DNA of 63,990 bases, counting the filler, from Aduncisulcus paluster (lineage: Eukaryota), in assembly GCA_024181965.1 (NCBI GenBank). It is 5 parts of 5 records of this genome, joined end to end, with 100 filler letters (N's around TTAATTAATTAA, not from the genome) between each part and the next. Parts side by side here need not be neighbours in the genome. Positions count along the whole stretch, not along the records: positions 12,671 to 38,341 come from BQXS01012657.1; positions 38,442 to 58,430 come from BQXS01012658.1; 3 more parts are not named here. One strand, 5' to 3'. The position numbers and the translations under genes are program-made. The notes below the pieces were generated by a model. That model was not told the DNA's origin. It saw nothing but the letters and a program-made list of their open reading frames with translations, and did not search any database. This document shows, one piece after another, positions 33,675 through 45,188 of the stretch; position 1 is the stretch's first letter; each line of letters opens with the position of its first letter.

Positions 33675-34022
33675 TGATACATGATGTGTATGAATGTGTT
33701 TTACTTAATAATAAATTTAAATTTTCATTATTTGGAGCTCCGTTATGAACTTCATATGATAAGTCAAAAATCGTTATTGGGCTTTACTGAATAGCGTATT
33801 ATACAATATGAAGCTTATTTAATCAGATTTTATACCCATTTAGAGCATGAATAAAATCTCTAACGATTCTTTGTCGAATTTGCTGTTTTTGTGCAGTATA
33901 AAGGGAATTTTGATTGTATCAAAGAAAATTTACTTTATTTATTATTATTGGATAAATTGAGATCATATTTTGTTGAATATTAATAATCATATCTATATTT
34001 TAATCGATATTAACATTTCACA

Positions 34023-34907
34023 ATGGAATCAAACATTATATTAAAAAGAGAAGTATTATTTGAAGAGTATGCGCATATTTGGAATGATATTTTAAAGGCG
34101 AAAGATATTATTGAAGAATTGAATGTTATTGAGCAAATCTTTCCCTATCCCTCAAAAATGACTCCTATCGAAAGGAAAAGTCACGACATGATTTTATTAC
34201 TCGTAAGAGATGTGTTTCAATATGCTAAAGAAAATGGTTTTACCTTATATGGGTCATTTTCTATCTTTTCTGCTTGGATTACAATTCTCAGGACATTATA
34301 TGTTGCATACCAGCGATCACCGGACCCTGAGTGTGTATCTCTTGAGCATGCCCTATCGATATTGTCATCTACAATTCCAGATAAGAACGTCACCGTGCGG
34401 GAAGCTCGTTTATGTTCTCTGTTCATTGGTAAACGAATGAGTCTACATAAACAGTTAATTCGATCTGTTCTGTGTCGTGGAAAACCATTAAGACATTCTC
34501 AGCGGACTCTGACCATTATTCATCCGATAGTTTCATCTATTTTGCCTCTTGATGATGGCCTATGTCAAATCGAAATTGACAACAAGAAACGGGTTGAAGC
34601 ATTTCAGAAGAAAATGGAGCAAGAAGAAGAGGAACAAAGAGAGCAGGAAAGGCTTGCTCAAGAAAAAATTGAAAGAGAAGAAGAAGAAAAACAACAGAAA
34701 ATTATTCAAGATGAACAGATAGAAAAGAAGAGACTTGAAGAAGAAAAATTAGCCATTTTGAAAGAAGAAGAGAGGAAAAAGGCCGTTGAAGAGGACAGAA
34801 AAAAAGAAGAAGAATTGTTGTCAACTCTATCCGATTCTGGCAGACGTGCTGTTAAAAGAGCTATACGTGGTGTTATGGCAACATATTTGGATAAAAGTAA
34901 GAAATAG
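34023..34907 (+). CDS. Flagellar central-pair C1a-32/CLAMP-like (CFAP119/C8orf74-like) protein
   Basis: DVFQYAKENGFT..SFSIFS, HKQLIRSVL and LPLDDGL, followed by an E/K-rich coiled coil, resemble the CLAMP family pattern. Confidence 0.5.
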   Translation: MESNIILKREVLFEEYAHIWNDILKAKDIIEELNVIEQIFPYPSKMTPIERKSHDMILLLVRDVFQYAKENGFTLYGSFSIFSAWITILRTLYVAYQRSPDPECVSLEHALSILSSTIPDKNVTVREARLCSLFIGKRMSLHKQLIRSVLCRGKPLRHSQRTLTIIHPIVSSILPLDDGLCQIEIDNKKRVEAFQKKMEQEEEEQREQERLAQEKIEREEEEKQQKIIQDEQIEKKRLEEEKLAILKEEERKKAVEEDRKKEEELLSTLSDSGRRAVKRAIRGVMATYLDKSKK

Positions 34908-35156
34908 GATAAATTTCTGAGTTTTATCAAAGTTTATTTGCGGAAGTTTTTATTTCAAATAAACTGCCAGTTAATTTCAGTGAAATTCCAAGTTCAGAAT
35001 CTTTGGACGAAATCGATAGGATTTTACGATAAATTGTTTCAGTAAAATTTTTGGATTAATTTTCGAGATTTTTAGGTGTTTTTTTGGAAAGCATCATGCT
35101 TTAATGATATCGGAGTTTCGACCTAGAGAAATAAACNNNNNNNNNNNNNNNNNNNN

Positions 35157-35595
35157 AAAATTATTCAAGATGAACAGATAGAAAAGAAGAGACTTGAAGA
35201 AGAAAAATTAGCCATTTTGAAAGAAGAAGAGAGGAAAAAGGCCGTTGAAGAGGACAGAAAAAAAGAAGAAGAATTGTTGTCAACTCTATCCGATTCTGGC
35301 AGACGTGCTGTTAAAAGAGCTATACGTGGTGTTATGGCAACATATTTGGATAAAAGTAAGAAATAGGATAAATTTCTGAGTTTTATCAAAGTTTATTTGC
35401 GGAAGTTTTTATTTCAAATAAACTGCCAGTTAATTTCAGTGAAATTCCAAGTTCAGAATCTTTGGACGAAATCGATAGGATTTTACGATAAATTGTTTCA
35501 GTAAAATTTTTGGATTAATTTTCGAGATTTTTAGGTGTTTTTTTGGAAAGCATCATGCTTTAATGATATCGGAGTTTCGACCTAGAGAAATAAAC
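35157..35595. repeat. Artefactual duplicate of 34698-35136 across a 20-N gap
   Basis: Apparently identical 439-nt sequence on both sides of N 35137-35156. Confidence 0.9.
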
Positions 35596-35790
35596 TATTG
35601 GCGGATGTATTTATAAACTATTTGTTATTTTGGCCAGGCTGGTCTATTTTCATTGTGAATAAAATAATAGAATTAAACTCTACGTGATATTTGTTCGCTT
35701 CTCAACTAGATATTTCAGATAGTTCTATTTGCAACAGTTTTCAATTGGATTTGTCTTTCTAATAATATTTTTCCTATAGCACCATTGAAA

Positions 35791-37386
35791 ATGAATAATT
35801 CGTTTCTTATCGTATTCGTTTTCACTGTTTTTTGTCTTTTGAATTGTTTTTTATCTATCTCATGTAATGATTCGTTAATCCAAGATTCACAAGATAATCC
35901 TGTTCCTTATCTCACAACTACTATTACTACTGGCGGTTTTAATTTCTTGGCTGATGGAATTATTCAAACCATCACGACCGAAATCTTATCGATGCAAATA
36001 TCGCCGTTTAACTTTGATGTCACCACTCCTGTTGGAAAAATTAATATGTCATTTGACAATATTAGTTTAGATGCAATGGACCTTGGTGATTTCGATGTTA
36101 CATTGAATAATGGGATTTTATTAGAGTTTAATGATGCTTATTTCCGATTAAGCCTTGATTTTTCCTATAGATTACTTACTTTCCCCTATACTCATGATGG
36201 AGGTAGTATGACTATCCTTGCTCAAGATGCTTATCTTCAAATTCTTGCCGATTTCATAAATCTGGATGATTGTCAGTCGGTTTATATCAATTATGCTAAA
36301 CTCGATCTTGGAGAGTTTCAAATTTCCGTGAGTGATGCGTCTATGCTGTTGACCACGATTCTTGAGGCCGCTTCAGCCCTCATCCAATCTACTCTCGAAA
36401 ATATTATTGACAGTATGTTTGCGGAGGTTGTTAATGATTTTATCAATTCTATGTTTAGTGCGAGGACATGCCGTACGTTAGATTATCAGACGGCCCAAGA
36501 TATTCGTCTCATTGGCGATAATACGGTCGATCCACAATTCCTTTCTTCTCCTTTCGCCGGTAGATATTATGGAACTGACTCTGAATATTATGTCTACCCG
36601 AATGCCACTCAGGCACCTGACATTATAAATAATGGTAAATTTCAAGTCATTATGCACATTGGTCTCCCGTTATCTTTCCTTTACACATATAATTATCGCC
36701 AAGCTTTTGATCTGACGTTGGATAGCAGCAATATGTCTAAGGGCTTTCTTACTTCTTTCCCTTTCCAGCTTAGCACCATCTCTGGATTCTTTGTGGAGCT
36801 TCCAACAGCTCTTCAGAATCTTCCAGATACTGCTCCCTTCAGAGTGAGTATAACTCAACTATGTGACCAGACCGGAGAGATGGAACCCAGTGCTATTGCT
36901 ATCTACTATTCTGTTAGCCTGGTAATCCAAGGATTCGATGAAGAAAACCAAGTGTGGCTATCCGGAGATGATCAAGAAATTACCCTTACAGCTGATATCC
37001 TCGCCATGATGGTTCCAGTGGTTAAACGTACTGGTTCCGGAGATAATCATGTTATTGGATCTTGTTTCGAGATATCTTCTTATTCAACAACTATACTCGA
37101 CTCATCATGTGAGATAGAAAACGAGACTTACTTTTCTCTGTTCCTTACTATGATGTATGGCGACTATCCGATGACATTTGTCAATAATCTCTCCAACAAC
37201 GTACGTTGGCCATTCAGTGGTCCTGCTGGTAGTGATCTCATTGACGTTGACATTTGGTATGGCGATGAATATTTTGGAATGTTGTTTGACCTTGGATGGA
37301 GGGGAGACTCCTCGGGACCCCAATTGAATAGAAATAGAGGTTATTTTGATGTTCCAGCAAACGATGATTCAATTTGTCTCTATTGA
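35791..37386 (+). CDS. Secreted BPI/LBP/CETP-family (TULIP) lipid-binding protein
   Basis: Signal peptide; N-terminal NPVPYLTTTITTGGFNFL (compare NPG..RITxxGLDY); beta-rich two-domain length of about 530 aa; very acidic. Confidence 0.72.
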   Translation: MNNSFLIVFVFTVFCLLNCFLSISCNDSLIQDSQDNPVPYLTTTITTGGFNFLADGIIQTITTEILSMQISPFNFDVTTPVGKINMSFDNISLDAMDLGDFDVTLNNGILLEFNDAYFRLSLDFSYRLLTFPYTHDGGSMTILAQDAYLQILADFINLDDCQSVYINYAKLDLGEFQISVSDASMLLTTILEAASALIQSTLENIIDSMFAEVVNDFINSMFSARTCRTLDYQTAQDIRLIGDNTVDPQFLSSPFAGRYYGTDSEYYVYPNATQAPDIINNGKFQVIMHIGLPLSFLYTYNYRQAFDLTLDSSNMSKGFLTSFPFQLSTISGFFVELPTALQNLPDTAPFRVSITQLCDQTGEMEPSAIAIYYSVSLVIQGFDEENQVWLSGDDQEITLTADILAMMVPVVKRTGSGDNHVIGSCFEISSYSTTILDSSCEIENETYFSLFLTMMYGDYPMTFVNNLSNNVRWPFSGPAGSDLIDVDIWYGDEYFGMLFDLGWRGDSSGPQLNRNRGYFDVPANDDSICLY

Positions 37387-38137
37387 GCTTTTGTTTCTTG
37401 TTGAATGCTTGTGTAACATTATTATAATATTTGGTCTTCGTTCTATTCGATTTTGAAGGAAATATCATTTAATATGTTATATTTATATTTTTATTCCTTG
37501 ATCCCAATTACGTTATACCTTTTTTTTTTTTTTTTTTTTTTTTTTCCTCCTTATTGTTATTGGTTACTTCCGTGCATGTCCATTTATTTTTTCTTTGCTT
37601 TTTTGCTTGATTTGTTTTTGTTTCATTTTCCTTTTATTTTTATATTGTTTTAGACATTTTTTCTCATTATTATTGTTTCTTTCTTTGTAATTGACAAATA
37701 CTATATTAGTTGCTCGGAAAGGACCTTCACCGTAGATCTTTTGTGCTTGAATATGTATGTAGCTCTTCTTCTTATCTATCTGGTTATATGTACAAGTTCT
37801 CAACATTTGTATGAAGAATAATATTCTTAGAATATTGATGGACATCAATGATGGAAATAAAGAACTAAAAAATTCAAACATCTATTTTTAGATTTCCACG
37901 AATTAGTGATCTGTTGTTGTTAGTATGATGGTATTACAATGTTGTTTATTTATTATTGACAGAAACTATTATTATTATTTATTATTTTGAAGTTATCATC
38001 TTATTATATTAAAGGATTAAGAATGTTTTATTTTTTGGTTCCGGTTTGGTTTCAAATCCAAAAACTGGGAATTTATATTTTATTTCAAAATAGTAAATTT
38101 GCTCCAAGCATAAATTCTGTAGAACAGCTAACATTGT

Positions 38138-39429
38138 TCATTCATTCTGTCTGAGTTGTTTAAGATTCAAATGTTTGATGAATAACAACAAAAGAAGAAT
38201 GTCATTGCCTTCAAATACATCGATTGGGACTGAATTAATTGGAATCATACTCCAAGTTGTGAACAAAAGCTCCCGTTGACCGAGACTTTCCTTGATCTTT
38301 CCATATTTTAAACATAAAAAGAAAGATATAGGGAAAACTATNNNNNNNNNNNNNNNNNNNNNNNNNNNNNNNNNNNNNNNNNNNNTTAATTAATTAANNN
38401 NNNNNNNNNNNNNNNNNNNNNNNNNNNNNNNNNNNNNNNNNCGTGAAAACAATTATTGAAACAACCATCCTTCCGAAATATCGATTTTAATATAAAAGCA
38501 AATAAAACAAACCCAATCGAGGAAAGTTGGTTCAACAGATATCGAACCATGCCAGGATATTGTTTAATCGTAAGCAAGGCATGTAATCGATCGACCCACT
38601 TGGGGATATATGGCTTACTGAGCATAGTTCTGTACTTTCCAAATGGAACACGGCCATACACAGAGGCTAAAGCGAGAAAAAAAAGCAAGGGAAAGAAAAT
38701 AAACGAGATAATATATCCAATTTTGAGACCTTTTACGTCAGGAATTGTAATTTTACCTTCGAAAAAGAACAATGGATAATAATATACAAATCCAAAAAAG
38801 AAAGCGAAGAAGAATACGACAAAAAACATTTTATCAAATAAAAATTCCTCCATATTATTACAAATTCCTGCTGAACGACAATGCCCTTGCGCAATTTGCG
38901 GGGGTTTGACAATACGAGCAGGTATTGAAGTTGAAAGATAAACAGTATCTACTGGACGCCAGAAGTCAACCTCGGGTGAATTTGAAATACGGGGTTTAGA
39001 AGAGAAGATTGACGATATAAATTGGGAGATACGATACCACCAAGAGATTTGAGCTGAAGAGGGCCGAACTCCATGTTTATAGGCAAAATGTTTGATAATT
39101 TTTGAACAAGGAAGTATTTTCCCACATATATAACAAGTACAAGAGTATTTATCAGTTGAAAGTGGTGATGTTAATCGGGAAGAATGAAAAGGTCTGGAAC
39201 AGGAATAGCAACTCGAAGAAAGTTTTTGAGGATATAGCGAATTACAAAAAGTGCAATATCTGGCATCACATGAAGTGCAATGAAATGCTGGATTGACAAG
39301 TAATCCACTACAAACACAACAATGATCTTTTTCTACAGAATGGAATGTCTTAGAATCATCACAAAGTAATTTTGTTGTTATATATCCATATTCAGATCGT
39401 TTTTGAGCATCACAAATAAAGTCATTCAT
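38138..39429 (-). CDS. RING-like plus SINA/TRAF-type zinc finger protein with several TM helices (putative membrane E3 ligase); spans the assembly spacer
   Basis: CCVC..FHCTSCDARYCTFC..CYSC, then CYIC..KHFAYKH, then 3 hydrophobic helices. A 67-codon open frame continues on the far side of the spacer (38341 to TGA at 38138). Confidence 0.6.
38342..38441. other. Assembly spacer N44-TTAATTAATTAA-N44
   Basis: Same artificial linker. Confidence 0.97.
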
Positions 39430-39571
39430 GCGATTCGTCCAAACTTGAAATTGTCTCAAGAAAAACGGCGGACAAGAAAAATCATATCACATCGCAGAAA
39501 TTGCGAATAAAATGATAAATCAAAATAGATAAAATGTTTGTTGTTGTTTTTAATAAAGATGCCCCTACCGA

Positions 39572-39707
39572 TCATGAATTCCGAATTCATGAGTCATGAA
39601 GGAGCTGGAATGAGATTCTCATTATGAGCCTCATAATGATTCTCGGAGAATCTCATTAAATGAGATCATCTCACATGATGTGATACTATCATATTACTAG
39701 TAATATG
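39572..39707. repeat. Chain of about 10 overlapping short palindromes
   Basis: For example TCATGAATTC-C-GAATTCATGA, TCATTATGAG-C-CTCATAATGA, ATCTCATT-A-AATGAGAT, CATATTACTAGTAATATG. Confidence 0.9.
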
Positions 39708-39734
39708 TTCATAATTTATTACAGGCCTAAAAGA

Positions 39735-39842
39735 AATCCACCCAGTAAGCGTGTGATACGCCAAATGTTACAAAGGAAACCATGAAAGTTTGATTTGAAA
39801 TATTTGGCGTATCACTCCCTTTAAAGGTGAATATGGTGGATT
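39735..39842. other. Long hairpin nested in an outer stem (candidate structured RNA or element end)
   Basis: GTGATACGCCAAAT (39753-39766) pairs perfectly with ATTTGGCGTATCAC (39802-39815), and the stem extends inward with mismatches. Outer stem AATCCACC/GGTGGATT. Confidence 0.55.
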
Positions 39843-40100
39843 AAAAAAAGGCAAAAAAAAGGCAAAAAAAAGATGTGTGTATATTAAAGTCCATTTCAAT
39901 TTAAACATGGTGTCATGAGCCGTATAATAAACTTAATATAAAACGGATTAATACAAATCCAGGGGGTATATATAGTATAATACTCAGCTCACTAAACTAC
40001 TATGTTGAATCTGAAATGGATCATAATACACCGTCTCCAATTCACAATGAAGACGTTCAAAACCGAGTTAGTTCCAAGAAAAATTAATATAGAATGAAAA

Positions 40101-41300
40101 TTACATTCCGTAATTCGAGAAAGTTGAGGTTGATTGCTTTGAAGGCAAATAGAAGGGGGGATCCCAATGGTTAATAACTCCAAAAGGATGGATTGTTGAG
40201 ATTCGTTGGCAATGAGGTTGGCGCACAGAAGGTATTGTACACAGATAATCACAGGAAGGAGGGGAAGGACACACATAAGAAGTTTCATGAAGTTGGCATG
40301 ATAGGTCTGGGCTAAAGAGTGAAGGGTTCGTTGGAGAGGAATTCAGAGTACGAGGACTGCCCACAGATGAAGTAGCGAGGGAATCACTGGATTGAGGGGA
40401 ACAATCAAGGGTTACAGTAATGGAGGGTGATGGAAAGCATCCTTCTTCCTCTTCTTCTTCTTCTTCCCCTTTCCAAGGCAAGGGACAGTCGCAAAACAGA
40501 GGGTCAGGAAGAGGAGAATTCCAAGACAAATCAGGTCTAACTGATTGTTTTTTCACTATCCGATGATGTTCCACTTGACATTCAAAAGGAATTGGGGGCA
40601 TAGGAGGCATTGGAGGAGTCGTAGAGGGACTACTGAGAAAGTCTACTTCAACAAGATCATGAGAAAACCTTCGTTTCCTCATCTTACCGATTTCTTTCTC
40701 AATCTTTTTAAATTCCAAAGGAACTGTGCGAAATTTCGCAATTAAACGATAAAAAAACTCTCGATACACATGAGAAGAAGAATTCTGAATAATCTTCAAA
40801 ACTCCATCGTCAAATCGTTTTCTGGAAATTTTTGGGTCTTTTTTACACCGATCCCTAATGTTACTTAGGGCTCTTTGTAGAGGTAACTTCCCTATTCCTC
40901 CAGGAGGGGAAAATTCAACATGCTTGACATCTTGGACCGGGTGCATTAATTCCAGACCAATGTAAAAGATAGATTTACAGTGACTTTGTTTGGAAAAACC
41001 TTTTTTTGTAGATTCTGTCTGTGAGGTGACATCATGTGCCATCAAAATAACACCGTAAAGATTCTGCTTTATGCAGCCCCAAGTAATCCCGCTTTTTTTG
41101 ACAGGTACAAGCGCTTTACACTGCTTTTCATGATTTTCAATAGCTTTCTTACAGTTCTCACAAGATATTTTCTTTAAAAATTTCCCAATCAAGGGGATAC
41201 ACTCACTCCGAATTCCCTTCATACGATCAAGGGTTTGGAGAAAAGAGTTGAGGCCTAATCGTACCAGTTGTTTAAAATCATCACAATTTTCATCAACCAT
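40101..41300 (-). CDS. Hypothetical basic protein with Pro/Ser-rich C-terminus (about 399 aa)
   Basis: Start MVDENCDD at 41300. The upstream extension in the ORF track arises from the duplicated overlap 41070-41380 / 41401-41712. Confidence 0.55.
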   Translation of the reverse strand: MVDENCDDFKQLVRLGLNSFLQTLDRMKGIRSECIPLIGKFLKKISCENCKKAIENHEKQCKALVPVKKSGITWGCIKQNLYGVILMAHDVTSQTESTKKGFSKQSHCKSIFYIGLELMHPVQDVKHVEFSPPGGIGKLPLQRALSNIRDRCKKDPKISRKRFDDGVLKIIQNSSSHVYREFFYRLIAKFRTVPLEFKKIEKEIGKMRKRRFSHDLVEVDFLSSPSTTPPMPPMPPIPFECQVEHHRIVKKQSVRPDLSWNSPLPDPLFCDCPLPWKGEEEEEEEEGCFPSPSITVTLDCSPQSSDSLATSSVGSPRTLNSSPTNPSLFSPDLSCQLHETSYVCPSPPSCDYLCTIPSVRQPHCQRISTIHPFGVINHWDPPFYLPSKQSTSTFSNYGM

Positions 41301-41890
41301 TTTTGGGATATATTTGTCGATGCCAAAAAAAAAGGGGAAAAAAGAAAAAAATTGAGGAGTCTGAGCTGAAAGAAAGAAAANNNNNNNNNNNNNNNNNNNN
41401 TATGCAGCCCCAAGTAATCCCGCTTTTTTTGACAGGTACAAGCGCTTTACACTGCTTTTCATGATTTTCAATAGCTTTCTTACAGTTCTCACAAGATATT
41501 TTCTTTAAAAATTTCCCAATCAAGGGGATACACTCACTCCGAATTCCCTTCATACGATCAAGGGTTTGGAGAAAAGAGTTGAGGCCTAATCGTACCAGTT
41601 GTTTAAAATCATCACAATTTTCATCAACCATTTTTGGGATATATTTGTCGATGCCAAAAAAAAAAGGGGAAAAAAGAAAAAAATTGAGGAGTCTGAGCTG
41701 AAAGAAAGAAAATTTATGGAAAAACAAATTACCTGGTATTTACTTTTGTGTTTGTTATTTTTTTTTTGGTTAAAAATTTTTTGACCGTCGACAGATGATT
41801 GTGATTAAAACTTTTTATTCTAGAAGAATTTATTATGGTTCATTATATAATTATATCAATAGAATTAAAAGAAAATATAATATAATAGTA

Positions 41891-44800
41891 TCAATCGTCA
41901 AGGTTTTCTGTCTTCATTTGCTCGTGAAGAGAGATACTGAACTTTAGACTCTTTGGAGCTTGGAATTTATCGGGGGCGAATTCAAATCCATCAGCTTCAA
42001 AGAATTTGCTCTGCCATTCGACCCAGTGAAGTCTCAGATCGTGCAAGAATGAACTCAGTCCTTCCATACATACAACGACAGCTATACTAGCCACCATCCA
42101 GATTGGGTATCCAATTATATTCATAAAGATGGAGCCTTCGACACCTGAGCTCCAGAACATCTCATAGAACACCTCGGCAAGCTGACTATGAGCCAATGAC
42201 AAGGCCCAGAGACGCAGGTATGAAGCTGTGTGAGACACACAACTGAGAGCAAATTCAATGCAATGGATAACCTGCTGGATGACTTCTTCGCCCATACTCA
42301 GCTCCTCTGTTTCTTCTGCCTCTTCNNNNNNNNNNNNNNNNNNNNTTATATTCATAAAGATGGAGCCTTCGACACCTGAGCTCCAGAACATCTCATAGAA
42401 CACCGCGGCAAGCTGACTATGAGCCAATGACAAGGCCCAGAGACGCAGGTATGAAGCTGTGTGAGACACACAACTGAGAGCAAATTCAATGCAATGGATA
42501 ACCTGCTGGATGACTTCTTCGCCCATACTCAGCTCCTCTGTTTCTTCTGCCTCTTCTCCAACACCTGCTTCCTTGAGTTTCTCTCCAACGTTCTGAATAT
42601 CAACCTTCACAGGAGATGCCATCTCCTCCTCACTGGGTGATCTACTATAATCGGGAATAGTGGCATACTCGCCTCTGGAGGCTGGAGAATGGCTTGTGGG
42701 TTTCTTCTTTTGGCGTCTCTGGTAGCACATGTAGAAGGTCTTGGCGAACATGAGGAAGAAGAAAGAGAAGAGGATTAAGAAAAGAATAATCAACTGAACA
42801 ATTGCTTGAATCTTTGGATCGTACATGGGAAGCACTCCATCCGTCTGATCAATGACACCTGGCTGTAAGAAAATGTTGATGAGAGTCGTGGTAATACTTG
42901 GTGCACGTTCGACTTGATCTCCCCAGTCCTTAAGCCACTTAAAAATGATAAGGAAGGACAGGTAACCGAACAAGGAATAGAAGAAAATAACTTCAGGGAT
43001 ACACACCAAAATAACATCGGCCCAATCCTTCAGATGGATCTTGTTGGCAAAGTTATAAACGAACCCAAGAGACATCTGAGCCACACCAACGATAATTGAG
43101 AGTTTCATCTTGTAACTGTTCAGGAAAGTCATAGAATTATCAGCCCAGTGCCAAGCATAGTCCATTCCAAACACAGGGGGACCATGGAAATCATAAGAGC
43201 ACACTCCGGCATCGGTACATGTACTCTTTGTGTATCCAGTGCCAAAGAAGTTGAAACCAAGACCAAGGAATTCACCATAGCAAAGACCCATGAAGAATCC
43301 AAAAATAGCAATGAGAAGCATAATGTATCTTCCAGCAAAGAGCATGTCCATAATATCTCCAAGACCTCCAGGTTTGCCAGCCAATTTCTTCTCGTTGAAG
43401 ATCATCATGAGCGAGATAACGAGCAAGAACAGTGTGTGACCGGTGTCTCCGAACATAATACCGAAGAGGGCAGGGAAACTCCAAGGATACATCAAAGCAG
43501 GGTTGATCTCACCATATGTACACACACCATAGGCGTCACTAACACCCTGGAATCCACCCAGCCATCCAGGGGCACGGATANNNNNNNNNNNNNNNNNNNN
43601 GCAAGAACAGTGTGTGACCGGTGTCTCCGAACATAATACCGAAGAGGGCAGGGAAACTCCAAGGATACATCAAAGCAGGGTTGATCTCACCATATGTACA
43701 CACACCATAGGCGTCACTAACACCCTGGAATCCACCCAGCCATCCAGGGGCACGGATATACGTGGGGCGAACAGCCTTTTCATCAGCGACAACGGGAGAT
43801 ATGATGGGCTGGGTTTCAGCTCCATGTCTGAAGCAACTCTCATCAACAGAACGTTTGACATCATCAATGGCTTCCTCAGCAACCCAGGCGAGGAGACGAA
43901 CACACTTTCCTCCTTCAACATGAGTGCATTTATCCAGGGCGGACAAGACGGTTCTCTCGGCTTGAACAGCGCGCATCCAAGCATCGAAAAAACGACCGTA
44001 CTCGTTCAAAGCCCTCTTTCTAGTGGCGATGGAGATATTTAACACATCGGTGATTGTACGACGTTTCTCGCTGATATCTTCAAGGATGGTACGACGTTGT
44101 TCTTCATCGTGAGGGAACTCAACGATGTCCATACCCAAACCCTCACAAACATGTGTGATAATAGCGGCACTCTTGGCTCCACTGTAGAAAATACAGACGA
44201 CTGAATGCTTGTAGTCAATATTCTCATCGGCTTCAGGATCAAAATCGGGATCATCTTTAGCTTTGTACCACTTCACAAGATGAGCAGTACGGACATATGC
44301 GTTACCTTTAGTTTGGCGGAAAATAAGACGCTTCAAAAAGGATAACTGATCTTCACGGATAACACCACAGATATCACCGAGAGCATGAGAAGTCACAGGG
44401 GCGGAAGAAGAGCTCAAAATTCCGTCTTGGAAGGCCGAACGATCAAGAGAAGTCGTTGGAGACTCATCGAGAGCTTCGAGACTCATAATTGAATCAACTT
44501 GCTTCTTCTCACCCGCGGAAGAAGAAGTTTCAGAGAAAAAGCGGACGGCACCTCTCAAAACGGCTTCGGTAGCAGTGAATTGATAAAGTTGCTCCTCCAT
44601 ATTTGTAATGTGGGCTTTTGTCACAGAAAGTTGTTGCTCAGCTTCTTCGGAGGCATCAGCAATATGTTCAAGGAGAACAGAGGCAGGAGTAATAGGCTCG
44701 GGAGCAGGAATACCAGATTCATGAATAGCTTGACGAATAGATTCTAGCCTACGCTCGATGTCACTACAACGTCTAATTTGAGCAATATTTGGACGATCAG

Positions 44801-44984
44801 CAAGAGGAACACTCGCATTTAAATCAACGAGCTGAAGATTTCCAAATTGGCAGAGATCAGTAAGAACATTCATAGCATTTCCTGACTGCATGATGATTTC
44901 AATCTGCTTCATAGGAATAGAGCGGAACATATCCTTTATCACATCCGCATCCTTGGGAATTGTTGAAATAACACCCTCACTCAT
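41891..44984 (-). CDS. ATP6V0A: V-type proton ATPase V0 subunit a (Vph1/Stv1 family), about 894 aa after removing artefacts
   Basis: MFRS, QLVDLN, YGEINP..FPALFGIMFGD, FLNSYKMKLSII, SHTASYLRLWALSLAH, LRLHWVE. Split by overlaps 43423-43580 = 43601-43758 and 42115-42325 = 42346-42556. Confidence 0.95.
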
Positions 44985-45188
44985 TTAGTAAGATGTTATT
45001 TTGTGTCAAAACTCAAGCCGATTTTCACCGTATGGAAAAACAAAGAATAAACGAATACTCTCGAGTATATTAATATTCATAAATATATTACTATTTATTA
45101 TTTGTATTAATTTCCGAATTATTTATGTTTTTGAGAGATATCGAAGAACAGGAGCCATTCCTGGCATTTGGACGAAGATCTATTGTCA

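Noticed and set aside
37453..37881. Small hydrophobic ORFs around the poly-T tract
   Set aside because: Low-complexity AT-rich intergenic sequence; no homology signal.
39753..39815. SECIS element
   Set aside because: No properly placed AUGA/GA quartet with an apical AA on the strand of the upstream gene, and no in-frame TGA candidate.
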